From Pristiophorus japonicus (lineage: Eukaryota), in assembly GCF_044704955.1 (NCBI RefSeq), contig NC_091998.1, forward strand, positions 4,340,001 through 4,404,000: a stretch of 64,000 bases of DNA, written 5' to 3'. Numbering within the stretch: the stretch's first letter is position 1; each line of letters begins with the position of its first letter. The notes under the pieces were generated by a model. It had not been told where the DNA came from. It did not search any database and saw only the letters and a program-made list of their open reading frames with translations. The position numbers were made by a program, and so were the translations under genes. Below, one piece after another: positions 37,301 through 49,897 of this stretch.

Positions 37301-38682
37301 CTTTTGAAAGTCCAAATACATCACATCCACTGGTTCTCCCTTGTCCACTCTACTAGTTACATCCTCAAAAAATTCCAGAAGATTTGTCAAGCATGATTTC
37401 CCTTTCATAAATCCATGCTGACTTGGTCCAATCCTGTCACTGCTTTCCAATTGCGCTGCTATTTCATCCTTAGTAATTGATTCCAACATTTTCCCCACTA
37501 CTGATGTCAGGCTAACCAGTCTATAATACCCGCTTTCTCTCTTCCTCCCTTTTTAAAAAGTGGTGTTACATTAGCCCCTCCAGTCTATAGGAACTGATTC
37601 AGAGTCGATAGACTGTTGGAAAATGATTACCAATGCAACTACTATTTCTAGAGCCACTTCCTTAAGTACTCTGGGATGCAGACTATCAGGCCCCGGGGAT
37701 TTATTGGCCTTCAATCCCATCAATTTCCCTAACACAATTTCCCATCTAATAAGGATATCCTTCAGTTCCTTCTTCTCACTAGACTCTCGGTCCCCTAGTA
37801 CTTCCAGAAGGTTATTTGTGTCTTCCTTTGTGAAGACAGAACCAAAGTATTTGTTCAATTGGTCTGCCATTTCTTTGTTCCCCATTGTAAATTCAACTGA
37901 ATCCGACTGCAAGGCACCTACGTTTGTCTTCACTAATCTTTTTCTCTTCACATATCTATAGAAGCTTTTGCAGTCAGTTTTTATGTTCCCGGCAAGCTTC
38001 TTCATGTACTCTATTTTCCCCCTCTTAATTAAACCTTTGTCCTCCTCTGCTGAGTTCTAAATTTCTCCTAGTCTTAAGGTTTGTTGCTTTTTCTGGCCAA
38101 TTTATATGCCTCTTCCTTGGATTTAACACTATCCTTAATTTCTCTTGTTAGCCACGGTTGAGCCATCTTCCCCGTTTTATTTTTACTCCAGACAGGGATG
38201 TACAATTGCTGAAGGTCATCCATGTGATCTTTAAATGTTTGCCATTGCCTATCTACCGTCAACCCTTTAAGTATCATTTGCCAGTCTATTCTAGCCAATT
38301 CACGCCTCATACCATCGAAGTTACCTTTCCTTAAGTTCAGGACCCTAGTTTCTGAATTAACTGTGTCACTCTCCATCTTAATACAGAATTCTACCATATT
38401 ATGGTCACTCTTCCCCAAGGGGACTCGCACAACAAGATTACTAATTGGTCCTTTCTCATTGCACATCACCCAGCCTAGGATGGCCAGCTCTCTAGTTGGT
38501 TCCTCGACATACTGGTCTGGAAAACCATCCCTAATACACTCCAGGAAATCCTCCTCTACCGCATTGCTACCAGTTTGGTTATCCCCATCAAGATGTAGAT
38601 TAAAGTCACCCATGATAACTGCTGTACCTTTATTGCACACATCCCTAATTTCTTGTTTGATGCTGTCCCCAACCTCACTACT
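34343..38682 (-). mobile_element. CR1 on the - strand (34343-34942 plus 36947-38682) containing an inverted foreign CR1 segment
   Basis: The (CATAGAAA)n tail is at 34343 and the endonuclease/RT region runs from 38682 to 36947. ACTC occurs at both outer junctions, inside a MITE-like host sequence. Confidence 0.88.
34943..36949 (+). mobile_element. CR1 internal segment: ORF1 C-terminus (SGNH/GDSL esterase-like) plus ORF2 endonuclease region
   Basis: ORF1 motifs GARVKDV, VHVGTNDIG and VVISGLLPVP, then ORF2 motifs LCLNARSIRNK, GITETWL and KSDHN. There is no 3' tail. Confidence 0.9.
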
Positions 38683-38892
38683 CCACTATGCATGCGGACA
38701 GCTGCCGGCACTGTTTTCGGCGCTGGGCTGTAGCTCCGCCCCCCCACTCCATAAGAAACGCCGCACCAGGACCCAGGACATACAGCAGAGTGGCCAGAAT
38801 TGTTATTAAGTTTTTGGCGCCGTTTTGAGCGCACAAATTCAGTGCATCTCGGGAGAGTGTGTCGGATAAAGGGGTTGGGGAAATTTGGGCCT
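38683..38892. mobile_element. Right arm of a Harbinger-related MITE (continues 34100-34342)
   Basis: Ends GGAAATTTGGGCC, the reverse complement of the 33309 terminus. The GCGCATGCG motif is continuous across the CR1. Confidence 0.55.
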
Positions 38893-38894
38893 TC

Positions 38895-39226
38895 TGTTTC
38901 CCTGGTGCCCTGGCCAATATTTATCCCTTAATCAACATAACAAAAAAAAACAGATTATCTGGTCATTATCACGTTACTGTTTGTGGGAGCTTGCTGTGTG
39001 CAAATTGGCTGCTGCGTTTCCCACATTACAACAGTGACTACACTCCAAAAGTAATTCCTTGGCTGTAAAGTGTTTTGAGACGTCCGGTGACAGGAAAGAC
39101 GCTATATAAATGCAAGTCCCTTTCTTTCTACATTACTACAGTGACCACACTTCAAAAAGTACTTCATTGTCTGTAAAGCACTTTGGGATGTCCGCTGGTC
39201 GTGAAAGGCGCTGTAGAAATGCAACC
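38895..39226 (+). mobile_element. Deu-SINE 3' half with a duplicated tail segment
   Basis: CCTGGCCAATATTTATCCC...AACAGATTATCTGG...GCTATATAAATGCAAGTC, followed by a second CATTAC(A/T)ACAGTGAC...AAATGCAA copy. Confidence 0.8.
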
Positions 39227-39524
39227 GTTTATTTATAATACTCATAATTCTTGAGGTCCTTACTCAATATCTATATACTCCAAATATATAACTGCAGTCA
39301 CCACTTTAGGGTAAGGACAAATATTGAACTGCATCTATACAAATACAATTGTCACACAAAACCTGCCCTTTTTATCTCCTAGTTAAAACAACAGTCTCGG
39401 CAATAAAGAGACCACTCAGACTCTTGGAACTAATGCAACAATCTATGCTTGTGGGCTGCACAGAGCCCAGGCTATAGTTTGGGAACCCTTGCTCTATAGT
39501 ACCCTCCTGGACCTGGGACAGAAT

Positions 39525-40172
39525 AGCTGTCTATTGGCCTTGGAAGGAGCGCAGCACAGATTCTGCAGAATGTTATCAGGGCTCCAATGGTTAGATTATG
39601 AGGAGAGAGTACATAAACTAGGTTTATATTCCCTGGAATGTAGAAGGTAAAAGGATGATTTGATTGACGTTTTTAGGATTTTGAAAGGAATTGATAAGGT
39701 AGATAGAAACTTTCGCTGCTGGTGGGGGAGCCTGGGACAAGGGGACATCATGTTAAAATCAGAACCAGGCCATTCAGGAGAGAATTTAGGAAATACTTGC
39801 TCCCACAAAAAATAGTCATTGCTAGCTCAATTAATAATTTTAAATCCAAGATAAATAGATTTTTGCTCGAAATGCGTATAAAAGGATATGGAGCCAAAGT
39901 GGGTGGATAGAGTTTAGCCAGTTAGCAGGGAAATCAGGAAACACCTTTTTACACAAAGAGCAGTGGACATCTGGGCTTCTCTATCCAAAAAAGCTATGGA
40001 TGCTGAGACAATTGGAGCTTTCAAGACTGAGACTGACAGATTTTTATTAGTTAAGGCTGTCAAAGGATGTTGATGAAAGGTGGGTAAATGGAGTTCGGGT
40101 ACAGATCAGCCATAATCTCATTGAATGATGGAACAGACTCAAGGGGCTGAATGGCCTATTCCTGTTCCTATT
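39525..40172 (+). mobile_element. Two old CR1 3' fragments in tandem
   Basis: Peptides similar to TRGHHVKIRTRPFR and FKSKINRFL, and the 3' UTR GATCAGCCAT...GAATGGCCTATTCCTGTTCCT. Confidence 0.72.
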
Positions 40173-41574
40173 AGAAGTTCTAATAGAATTGCATTGATGC
40201 GTTCTAGTGGGTTGGTAACAAATTGAAGCATTTCTTATTGCAACAGGCTTGGGTAAAATGCACCATTTTGTCTCGCACTGTGGGTTGGCTGCTTTTCAAT
40301 TGTCAGTGTCTGTCTGCGTGGACGTACCCATGATGTATGGTTCAGAGAGAACAAGGAAGGCCGAGGGCAACAGGAAGTACTCAGTCCTGTTACTGTGCTA
40401 TTGTATGGGTGACATGTTTAATTTAGAGCCAGAGAATCATTGCTAAAAATATAATGCAGCTCATTGCTGGTAAAAAAAAATTTTCATGGGCAAGATTCCA
40501 AAAGGATTAATTTTGCAACAATTCTTGCAGGGTTTTCATTGAGGTCGTCCAAATCCTGTCAGAATTTTTGAGGGAGGTGGGGTTGGATAAGTGCATGTTG
40601 CGTTATATTAGCAGTAAGTGGTATAAATAATTATAGGTGTATCGGGGATTAATCCTCTGTTACCTTAATGCAAGAAAAATGTCAAGACTTAATACTTTGA
40701 GCAGTTAATGATCTGAGCCACACCGCCAGAGATGTTTATACACGGTCTAGCCTCCAGCATAGTCAATGTGCAAGGCTAACCTGCTTCTGTCTAGCCACCA
40801 CCTCAAGGAGAGGCACCAACCATTTCCTTTGCTGCAGACAAACCATACATCCAACTAATTCACAATATTTAATGTATAAAGCCTATCGGATTAGAGCAAA
40901 TAGGTGGTTTGCACAAAAAGAACAAAGTAACACAATTATTGTGCAAGGAGGCCATGATCTCATTGAATGGTGGAACAGGCTCGAGGGGCTGAATGGCCTC
41001 CTCCTGTTCCTATATTCTTAATATTGCCTTAATGCTGCAGCATGCAAGTAAGGTATGGGCAGTATTTGAGTGATGGAGTAAGCAGTGAGCTGCTGCTCTG
41101 AAGTCTGCCAGTAGTGCTATGGAGTGGTGGAAGCCTTAGCTTTGTGTACATGCATTCAATACACACGTGGGCCAGTGCTTGCAGCCGAGTGACTCTGACC
41201 AGCTTCCTCCGAGTGATGGGACAATCACCTCTTTTCATTTGGGAAAAATTGCTGCACTGGCAAGTGTTTAAAATCTTTTTAAAAGTAGCTGGTTTTGGCA
41301 GTGGATGGAGTGTCTGAAAGATTAAGCTGGAGCAGCGTGCATAAATGGTATTCGGGGTCTTACGATGTCAATCGGACCCCAACGATTTTAACTGGGGCCT
41401 GGGACCGGAAGCTGCCACACTTACCCTCAAGAGGCCTGTTAATGTTACCCATTATCTGCAAGTGTTGCTGCGGTCAGCCACAGCCTCCCCTTTCCGCCCT
41501 CCCGAAGTCCCATCGCCAAGCACAAGATCAGCGGGGGCTCATCCACATGATGTAAATGAGGCTGTCACTGCAGT

Positions 41575-41815
41575 ATGAGAAGATGAAGATACGGTTTTTT
41601 ACACAGCAAGTTGTTGTGATCAGGAACGCGCTGCCTGAAAGGGCAGTGGAAGCAGAGTCAATAGTAACTTTCAAAAGGGAATTGGATATAAAGTCGAAAA
41701 AGAAAAATTTGCCAGGCAAAGGGGAAAGAGCAGGGGAGTGGGACTAATTGGATCGCTCTTTCAAAGAGCCGGCACAGGCATGATGAGCCGAATGGCCTCC
41801 TGCTGTGCTGTAGGA
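41575..41815 (+). mobile_element. CR1 3' fragment
   Basis: Peptide FFTQQVVVIRNALPERAVEAESIVTFKRELD followed by the 3' UTR GAATGGCCTCC. Confidence 0.75.
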
Positions 41816-42547
41816 TTCGATGAATATCGGATGGAGTTATTGTCATAAGTTTGGGCCTGTGCTAACAACACAACTCCCGATGCCCGACTGTGAAACTTAC
41901 CATTCTTTGCCTGTTGCCCTTTACTAATAATGTACCATAGCACTGAAATTGAAGGACTGCATTCGGAGAGATTTGGCTGGGCTCGCCTCCATGCTCAGTA
42001 TGCCAACGTGTGCTCCTCCCAGGGAGTGGAGTCTTGTCGTTCTGGGGCTTATAGTCAATGCTGTCTCTAACACTAACCACTGGGAAGCTGATGTTTCTGA
42101 ACTCAACAGTGAGAGTTTGGCGAAAGGTCTGCTCCTAGTCAATCTGATGTTTGCTTAAAAAAACAGCCTCTGCAGAGTGATGAAAGAGCAGTGATGTGTG
42201 CTGAAAGATGCAAGACCTACAGTGTATTCTAGTGCCCACGAGTCCCAACGACAGCCCGGAAAACATATACTGCACATTGGCCATATGCTGTCAAATATGA
42301 TGGAGGTTGACACAGAGTGTTTATACAAGGTTTCTAAGCAGTAAAGATGCATCAATGTGGGAAACAAATCAAGCATGTAAGTGCTCTGTGTATCAGCCTG
42401 TGCCGTTTCAACAGACAATGTTAGTGAGATGTTTTTCTATGTTCCACACATCTGGAAATTTCTGTGTGATGTCAACTTACGTCTTGGGATCAAATTCCCC
42501 TCTCCGCTAGTTAAAAACGGGTATTAACCCATTAGGCTTAAGTGGGT

Positions 42548-43433
42548 TATAGAATCAGAGAATGGTTACAGCCCGTCGAGCCCGTGCCGGCTCTCTGCAA
42601 GAGCACCTCAGCTAGTCCCACTCCCCCGCCCTTTCCCCGTAGCCCTGCAATTTTTTTTCCTTCAGGTACTTATCTAACTCCCTTTTGAAAGCTGCAATTG
42701 AGTCTGCCTCCACCTTTCAGGCAGCGCATTCCAGATCCTAACCACTCGCTGCGTAAAAAAATGTTTTTCCTCATGTCGCCTTTGGTTCTTTTGCCAATCG
42801 CCTTGAATCTATGTCCTCTTCTTGACCCTTCCGCCAATGGGAACAGTTTCTCTCTATCTACTCTGTCCAGACCCCTCATGATTTTGAACACCTCGATCAA
42901 ATCTCCTTTCAATCATCTCTGTTCCAAGGAGAACAACCCCAGCTTCTCCAGTCTATCCATATAACTGAAGTCCCTCATCCCTGAAATCATTCTTGTAAAT
43001 CTTTTCTGCACCCTCTCTAAGGCCTTTACATCCTCTCTAAAGTGCGGCACTCAGAATTGGACACAATACTCCAGTTGAGGCTGAACTAGTGTTTTATAAA
43101 GGTTCATCATAATATCCACGCTTTTGTTCTCTATACCTCTATTTATAAAGCCCAGGGATCCTGCTTTCTCAGCCTGCCCTGCCACCTTCAACAATATGTG
43201 CACATATACCCTCAGGTCTCTCTGTTCATGCACCCCCTTTAGAATTGTACCCTTTAGTTCTCTCCTTGCCTATCCTTGTTCTTGCTACCAAAATGTATCA
43301 TTTCGCACTTTTCTGCGTTAAATTTCATCTTCCACGTGTCCGCCTATTCCACCAGCCTGTCCATATCCTCTTGAAGTCTATCATTCTCCTCCTCATTGTT
43401 CACTATACTTCCAAGTTTTGTGTCAGCTGCAAG
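42548..43433 (-). mobile_element. CR1 3' part (RT C-terminus plus UTR), degenerate
   Basis: Peptides SKLAADTKLG, LYKTLVQPQLEYCVQF and KGDLIEVFKIMRG. Confidence 0.85.
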
Positions 43434-45006
43434 CTTCGAAATAGCAGCTCTGTTATAATATTGGGGAGAGGAATGTAAATGTTTGGACTTGAATGGCATT
43501 GTAACCGGGGCCTGAACAGGGAATCTGGCGCATGTGCCTTTCAGAGGCAGCATGGTTAATCTTACCCATTATCTCTAAGTCATGTTGTTGCAATTCTCGC
43601 CCCCTCCTCCCCCCGCCTCCTCGTCAGGTCCCATCGCCAGGCCCAAAGCCAGTGGGAGCTCCCCACCTTATGTAAATGAAGCTGATGCTGCAATATTGGA
43701 TGGAGTTAGTGCCATGAAGGTTGGACGGGTGCTAACATCAGGCCTCCTGCCTAACACCCAATTGAGAAACATCATTCACAGTAATTTCTCCCCTAAACAG
43801 AGTAAACATTACTTGGGAATTGTTGCAAGGCTGCACCACACCGAAGGGGTTTTTATTTATGTTCTAAATCACAAGAGCAAAGCTGGAGCAGTTTGCATGG
43901 CTGAATTTGTTTAGCACCTGGGATATGCTCCCAAACACTTGAAGCCTGGATCTGCCTCTTGGGCAGAGTTTAGATGGAGTGGTACTTCTGCTCGCCCCAA
44001 GCCTGACCCACTCTCTTGGTCCAGGCACATGAGAGATACACAGTGGGCTCCGGGTAAGATTCCTGCTGTCAAGAGGGAGCCCATCACTGCCAGCCAGGAA
44101 ACGCCAATGGTATTAGAGCAGGTACATCACGGAAGATCGGACGATGGACTCAAAGGCTAAGCACAGCCCCGAATATCAGAACAAAGCCTCCCACTGAAGG
44201 CCTTGTTTGAAACCGAAGCCAAAGCCTTCTGGGAGCAGTCTGGAGGGAGAGTTGGTCACTAAAAGGCTCTTTCCCTCCATTCCTGCCCGCCTGTACATAG
44301 CAACTCTGGGGATCGGTGATAAGTGTGGCAGAAAGGTGGGTGGAGAATGGGTGGGCAACGATGCGTCACATATCAAACAATATGCAGGATTTCTCACTGC
44401 AACCATCACTTCCTGTCAGCTGAGCTGATGAGAACCTAGCTCAGGAACATCATGGCAGGTAGAGGTTTTCTCTGTGCACTACATATAGTGACACTATAAA
44501 CTCCTTCTTAATACGCAGGCTTATGATTTTGTTACACATGGTGTGCAGAGGAAACCTTCAATCCAATGTTAGATACTCTTTTCCCTCAACAACTCTCAAC
44601 TTTCTATGAAACCCAATTGGTCTAACACTTGAGTTCTGCTCCTAAATCTGGGAAGGCTCTTCTGACACCTCTCTCACAGTCCTGGTCAGGAGAGAGAAAA
44701 AGATTTGCTATCTTATCCGCGCCAAGGCTTCAACTACTCTCTCCATTGCAAGTTGTCTTGTCTTTCCCTGTTTTATCAATACTAGTATGGTCTGTGCCAT
44801 TCTGAACTTCCTGTTTTGTTGCTTCTAAGTTCCATTACCTCATCCTACACACTCTTGCTTTTCCCACAGCACTATTGTATTGAAATCAACACACATGGCA
44901 CTGCCTCCTACTCTAACTTGTTGTTTCCTAGAACTCAAACGTTATGAAACTCCTTACTTCATTCCCTCTTTCTACAATCTTCAAACGTCCTGGTGTGGCT
45001 TGTCAC

Positions 45007-45270
45007 TGTTATGTATGTTAATGTATGTACTGTAACACTAGACCACTGAATGTACCTTCACACTGTATACATCATACCTGTACCACCAGAGGGTGCTACT
45101 GGTGGAGACCTAAGGGTCACCTGCACACTGCATGTAACCAAGTATAAGAGCGAGCTAACCTCATTGTGTCCTCACTCAAGGAGCTGCAATAAACGGACTA
45201 AGGTTACTACAATTCAAGTACAATACCCTTACCTCGTGGAGTTGCTATTAGAGTGCTTGCATACACTACA
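45007..45270 (+). mobile_element. Gypsy solo LTR (264 bp)
   Basis: TGTTATGTA...CTACA with a perfect GTCAC TSD (45002-45006 and 45271-45275), TATAA and AATAAA. The CCACCAGAGGG motif is shared with the other Gypsy LTRs. Confidence 0.9.
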
Positions 45271-45539
45271 GTCACCTCGCTCAATCTTGGTGATTTCTGA
45301 ACTCTGGGTCTCCTTGGTCTCCCCTTATATAAAAAAATGCTCACATTAATGGTCGATATGAATTCCCAATGGTAAAGGTTCGTAAAGGTCCACAATGTAA
45401 CATGTTTTATAAAAAAGCAAAGGTGGAATTCTTCCCCTGTGATCCTGTCCGAAATCGATTGGGATCGCAGCAGGGAATGTAGGAAAATTCAGGCGGTCAG
45501 ATTTACCTCTGACTCACCACCTGACCGAGAATTCCCTCC

Positions 45540-47672
45540 TCTTGCCCTCACTGGACAATCAGCCTCAACACCAGCATCACCAGGCACACCAGCAGCACCA
45601 ACAACAACACCAACCTTCTCCGCAATCACCTGATGCTGCACTGGACACAAAGTATCAGCACCTGATCACATTGCTGCCCAGGACACCAGGGGTGGCCGCA
45701 CCATGGCCAGATTTACTTCACTTGACATTGTATATCCTAGCTGCCACATGATGCGCCAGGTTGGAACCACCCCACACCAACATCATACAGCATCCCTACA
45801 ATGCCCAAGCCATTCCTTTCATACTCATCACCATTGTGGGGGGTACCGTTATGTCTCACTATTCACTGCAACTCACGAAGCCACTTCAAAAGGTGCACAC
45901 AAAAGTGCCAAGAAGACAAAGTGCTGAAAATAAAGATTTCAATATTTGACAACACATTAACAGAAACTTTACATGAACAGTGGCAAAAACACTCAAGTAC
46001 CTACCCTTGTGTGTTGTTAGTTTGTATGATTACACTAGGATGAGGGTGAGTGTGAGGAGTGGCGAGTGAGATAGGGATGTTATAATGTAGATAGAGAGAG
46101 GGATGGGTTGCAGAGAGCAAAATTCACCAGAACCCACCCTGTGTTTGGGCTAATTCGAAAGGAAATTAAATTTGGGACTATCTACCGAAAAGTTTGGAAC
46201 TCTAAAGTGCTTATGGAAGAAACTACGAACTTTAATCAAGTTATGAACTTTTACAAAACAAATTCAAGCCTGTGGGCGGACCTAGGGAACAAAGAAAGTC
46301 CACTTGATTATTGGAACTGTCTGGGTGTGAGGACTGAGGTAACTTGTCTGGAAGAATGAGTATTTGGAAATCTTCCTCCACAAGAGACATTACCATCACA
46401 GTATCACCCAGAGATAGCTCCCCATCAACATGGGTCTAGACAAACTATTTTCAGCATGTACATCACAAAGAGGCCCAATCCAGCCTGTATGCGAAAGACT
46501 AAGCACAAAAGGACATTGCAATTACCAAACTAATATTTCCATTAGGAAACAGTTTTTCGAAGATCAACCCACCCAAGACATATCAACTTTAACGAACCCG
46601 ACAAAATATTACAAAGAAGAACCAAGCCCGCCAAAATTATATAAAGGATTGTGAACAGATTGGGCGGCAAGATTAGAACACTGAAATCGTATAACTGCCC
46701 CTGTTTTCAACAGAGGTTAGTGGGGGAGAGAGGTGGTCGCTACAACCTCATCAAGACAAGGAGAGAAACCAACGTGACAGTTGTAAAACTAACTTCTCCA
46801 GCCTCGAAGTCTTGAAGTCCTGAAGGAAGGAAGAACATCACCATCTACCATTAACTATCAAAAGGATTGGTAAGCATAAGTCCCTGCCTGCCCTGGAGTC
46901 TAACCTAGCTAGAATTAGGTATTGGGAGGTGAGAGGTATAATTTTACTGCAACCCCCTTTGAAGGTGTAGGTGTATGGTACTTTATTAGAGTGATTATAA
47001 GTTTGACCTTGTAACTTTCCTTGTATTGTTCTTTATTAGAGTGATTTTAAGTTTGGCCGTGTATTTTCTTACTAGAGTAATAAGCCTGTATTACCTTGAC
47101 TGGAATGAAACCAAAGTTCTTTGCATCAAACCAGCGTCCTCTGCATTTTTGTCACACCCCTCAAATAAATCGAGAGTACAGAACCCAAGGGAGGGGGAGC
47201 GATTTGAAACATTCAAGTTGGTCAGAAGGGAACCTGGCCCCCTCATAGAGACCACAACACACCCCAAACACCGCCCCCGCTTACAGGGTGGAGGGGCAAG
47301 GTAAGTTGGTGTAAGGATGTGCAGGAATAGGCAAAGTGATGGGGATGTGATGAGTGACACAGCAGGATGAGATTGCGTGTGGCTTTGCAGTAACATTTTG
47401 TGATCTACAGAAATCATTAAAAGGTTTGCACCACTGCAGTCTGGTCCTCCTGATGACATCCCTGCTTGTGCCCTCCTGTGCAATGTGCAACTAGGCTGTG
47501 TTGGTCTCCTGGGGAGGTCTCTTCTGCCCATTGGAAGGGGAGAGAACCTCCATGCGTGCTGTAACACCATCCATAAGTTGTGTGGGAGGCCAGGATGGAG
47601 ACAGCAGTGGGGTTAGGACCCGCCACCGACGTCACCCGCCTCAGTCCCGCCTCGGTAGGGGAAATCGCGGCC
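45540..47672. mobile_element. Degenerate, internally deleted Harbinger-like remnant with a Myb/SANT exon (47395-47575, - strand)
   Basis: The minus frame DGVTARMEVL...A*LHIAQEGTSRDVIRRTRLQWCKPFNDF resembles a Myb/SANT domain. A TIR-like end GGGGAAATCGCGGCC is present. Boundaries are uncertain. Confidence 0.5.
46109..47285 (+). mobile_element. Long solo LTR (1177 bp, ERV- or Gypsy-type)
   Basis: TG...TTACA with a perfect 4-bp GGGT TSD (46105-46108 and 47286-47289), AATAAA near 47165, and no coding capacity. Confidence 0.62.
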
Positions 47673-49897
47673 ATTGTGTTTGGAGAGGTAAGCACTCTTG
47701 TGTATAATGCTCTATATATCGTAGATCAATTCTTTCCTCCTTTTCCACTTTATTTACTTGTGGTGTTGGTGAGTTAACACCCTATATACGGACACAGACT
47801 ATTTAGCCCCGAGTGCAATTACTTCCCAACTCACTCAAAATACGTAATACCCCTTCTTTCCTTTGTTTTTCCATAATACTTGTCCGATAGAGGGAGAAAT
47901 GCCCCGATTTAATGTGCAAATGGTCCAGCAACTTATAGTGAGGAAGAGATACCCCGTGAGTTGCAAATCATCACGTTGCTGGACATTAGCATCGCAAAAT
48001 CAGCAGCTCGCCCTCAAACTCCCCGTGAATTTTGTAAAGTTGCTGCATTTGCACATTAATTATCAATTAAACTCGCCGCAGAAAGTTAGGGCTGATACTT
48101 AACAGCACAAGTATCTTTTTAGTAAGAAGATTTGAGTTCCTGCAATGCCACTCAACCTCTCCGGCCCAGAAAGGAAACAATTGAAACTGTGGAGTCTCAT
48201 TCCTGCATTTAGTACATTGTTGTTAAAGATTTTTTAAACTATAAATGTTCTTACTTTTCCTTTCTGTCTCTTTTTTCTCTCTCTCGCTTTATCCAATCTT
48301 TCTTTCCCTCTCATTATTTCTCTTTCTGTACCAGCTTTGACTCTAATTCACCGTATTTCCTTCTCCATCGTTCCTCTGTTTCTTTCTCAATCTTTAAATC
48401 TCGTGGATTAAGGAGATACACTGTTGGTCCCCTCATTCACTAAGTCGCCACGCTGTTATCAGTTCGTACTTTGAGCGAGTTATCGGGCAATAAATTTTCG
48501 AGCTGAAGGGCAGGGGCAGATCCACCATGGGGCGGATGGGGCTCCAGCCCCATGCCCACCAAATAACATAGACCCACCAAATAAATGTAGGAAAACATTT
48601 ATAAGGCCTCTTTTATGTATGCAATAAAGGTACAAACTGAGTACTGCTTAACTGAACAAGGAACAACCTTGGCTCTGCTTTATTACGGCCCAAAGCGCCT
48701 GACTCACAAAATGGCTGGCCTTTTAATGACACCATCTGTTGGCTACAAACAACATGTACATACATGACAATACCCTCCTCGGAGATCTTATCACAGTCTT
48801 TCACAGGTTGAGACGGTCCGGTGCTTTATGCTCCCGGGTTGACCGTCTCAGTTTGATTCCGGACTTAGGTGAATGTACGGAGTCTGTTGTGGCTGGTGGC
48901 TGGATGGCTGACTTGTTGGGGGTGGCAGTGGGCATGTCAGGAATTGCAAGTCCATTTTTATTGAACAAGTCCGTGATGGAAATTCCGTGTTCACTGATGA
49001 CCCTCGGGTCCACTGAAGGCTGCTGGTAGGTTGGTTGGTCGGCGACAGTTTCTTCGTCCGACTGCTCTGGCCTGTCTGTGTGCCTCAGCTTTGTCTGATC
49101 CATGTGTTTCCTGCAAGTTTGCCCATTCTTGAGCTTAATAACAAATACTCTGTTGCCCTCCTTGGCCATGACCGCACCAGCGATCCAGTTGGGACCCTGA
49201 CCATAATTCAACACATATACAGGATCATTAACAGAAATATCGCGTGACACAGTTGCGCGATCGTGGTATCCTTGTTGACTCTGTCTTCTGTATTCAACAT
49301 GATTACTTAAAGCCGGGTGTACAAGAGATAACTTGGTCTGAAGACTTCTTTTCATCATGAATTCAGCAGGCAAGACCCCTGTGAACGTGTGGGGTCTTGT
49401 CCTGTAACTCAGCAGTATGCAAGACAAGCGGGTCTACAGTGACCCTTGGGTTACCCTCCTCATGCTTTGCTTGATAATTTGTACTACAAGTTCTGCTTGC
49501 CAATTGGTTGTAGGCTTGAACAGTGCTGACCTTACATATTTTATGCCGTTAAATTTTACAAACTCCTGAAACTCCTGACTGGTGAAGCACCACCCATTGT
49601 CGCTCACCACTATGTCAGGCAGATCATGTGTCGTGAACATGACATTGAGATTCTCCATGGTTGCCGTGGATGTACTGGATGACATGATTATGCATTCTAT
49701 CCACTTTGAATAAGCATCCACCACCACTAAAAACATCATGCCCAGGAAGGGACCTGCAAAATCTACATGGATCCTGGAACAAGGTTTGGATGGCCATGAC
49801 CACAGACTCAGTGGCAATTCCACTGTTGTTTTGCTGAGCTGCATGCAGGTGTTGCATCAATTCCTGGCCACCATATGTGGGACCTGATGATGGCCTT

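Noticed and set aside
47800-48545. Another MITE-like repeat (similar fragments at 41345-41560, 43590-43760 and 62880-63012)
   Set aside because: Composition is suggestive, but termini and TSDs could not be defined by eye.
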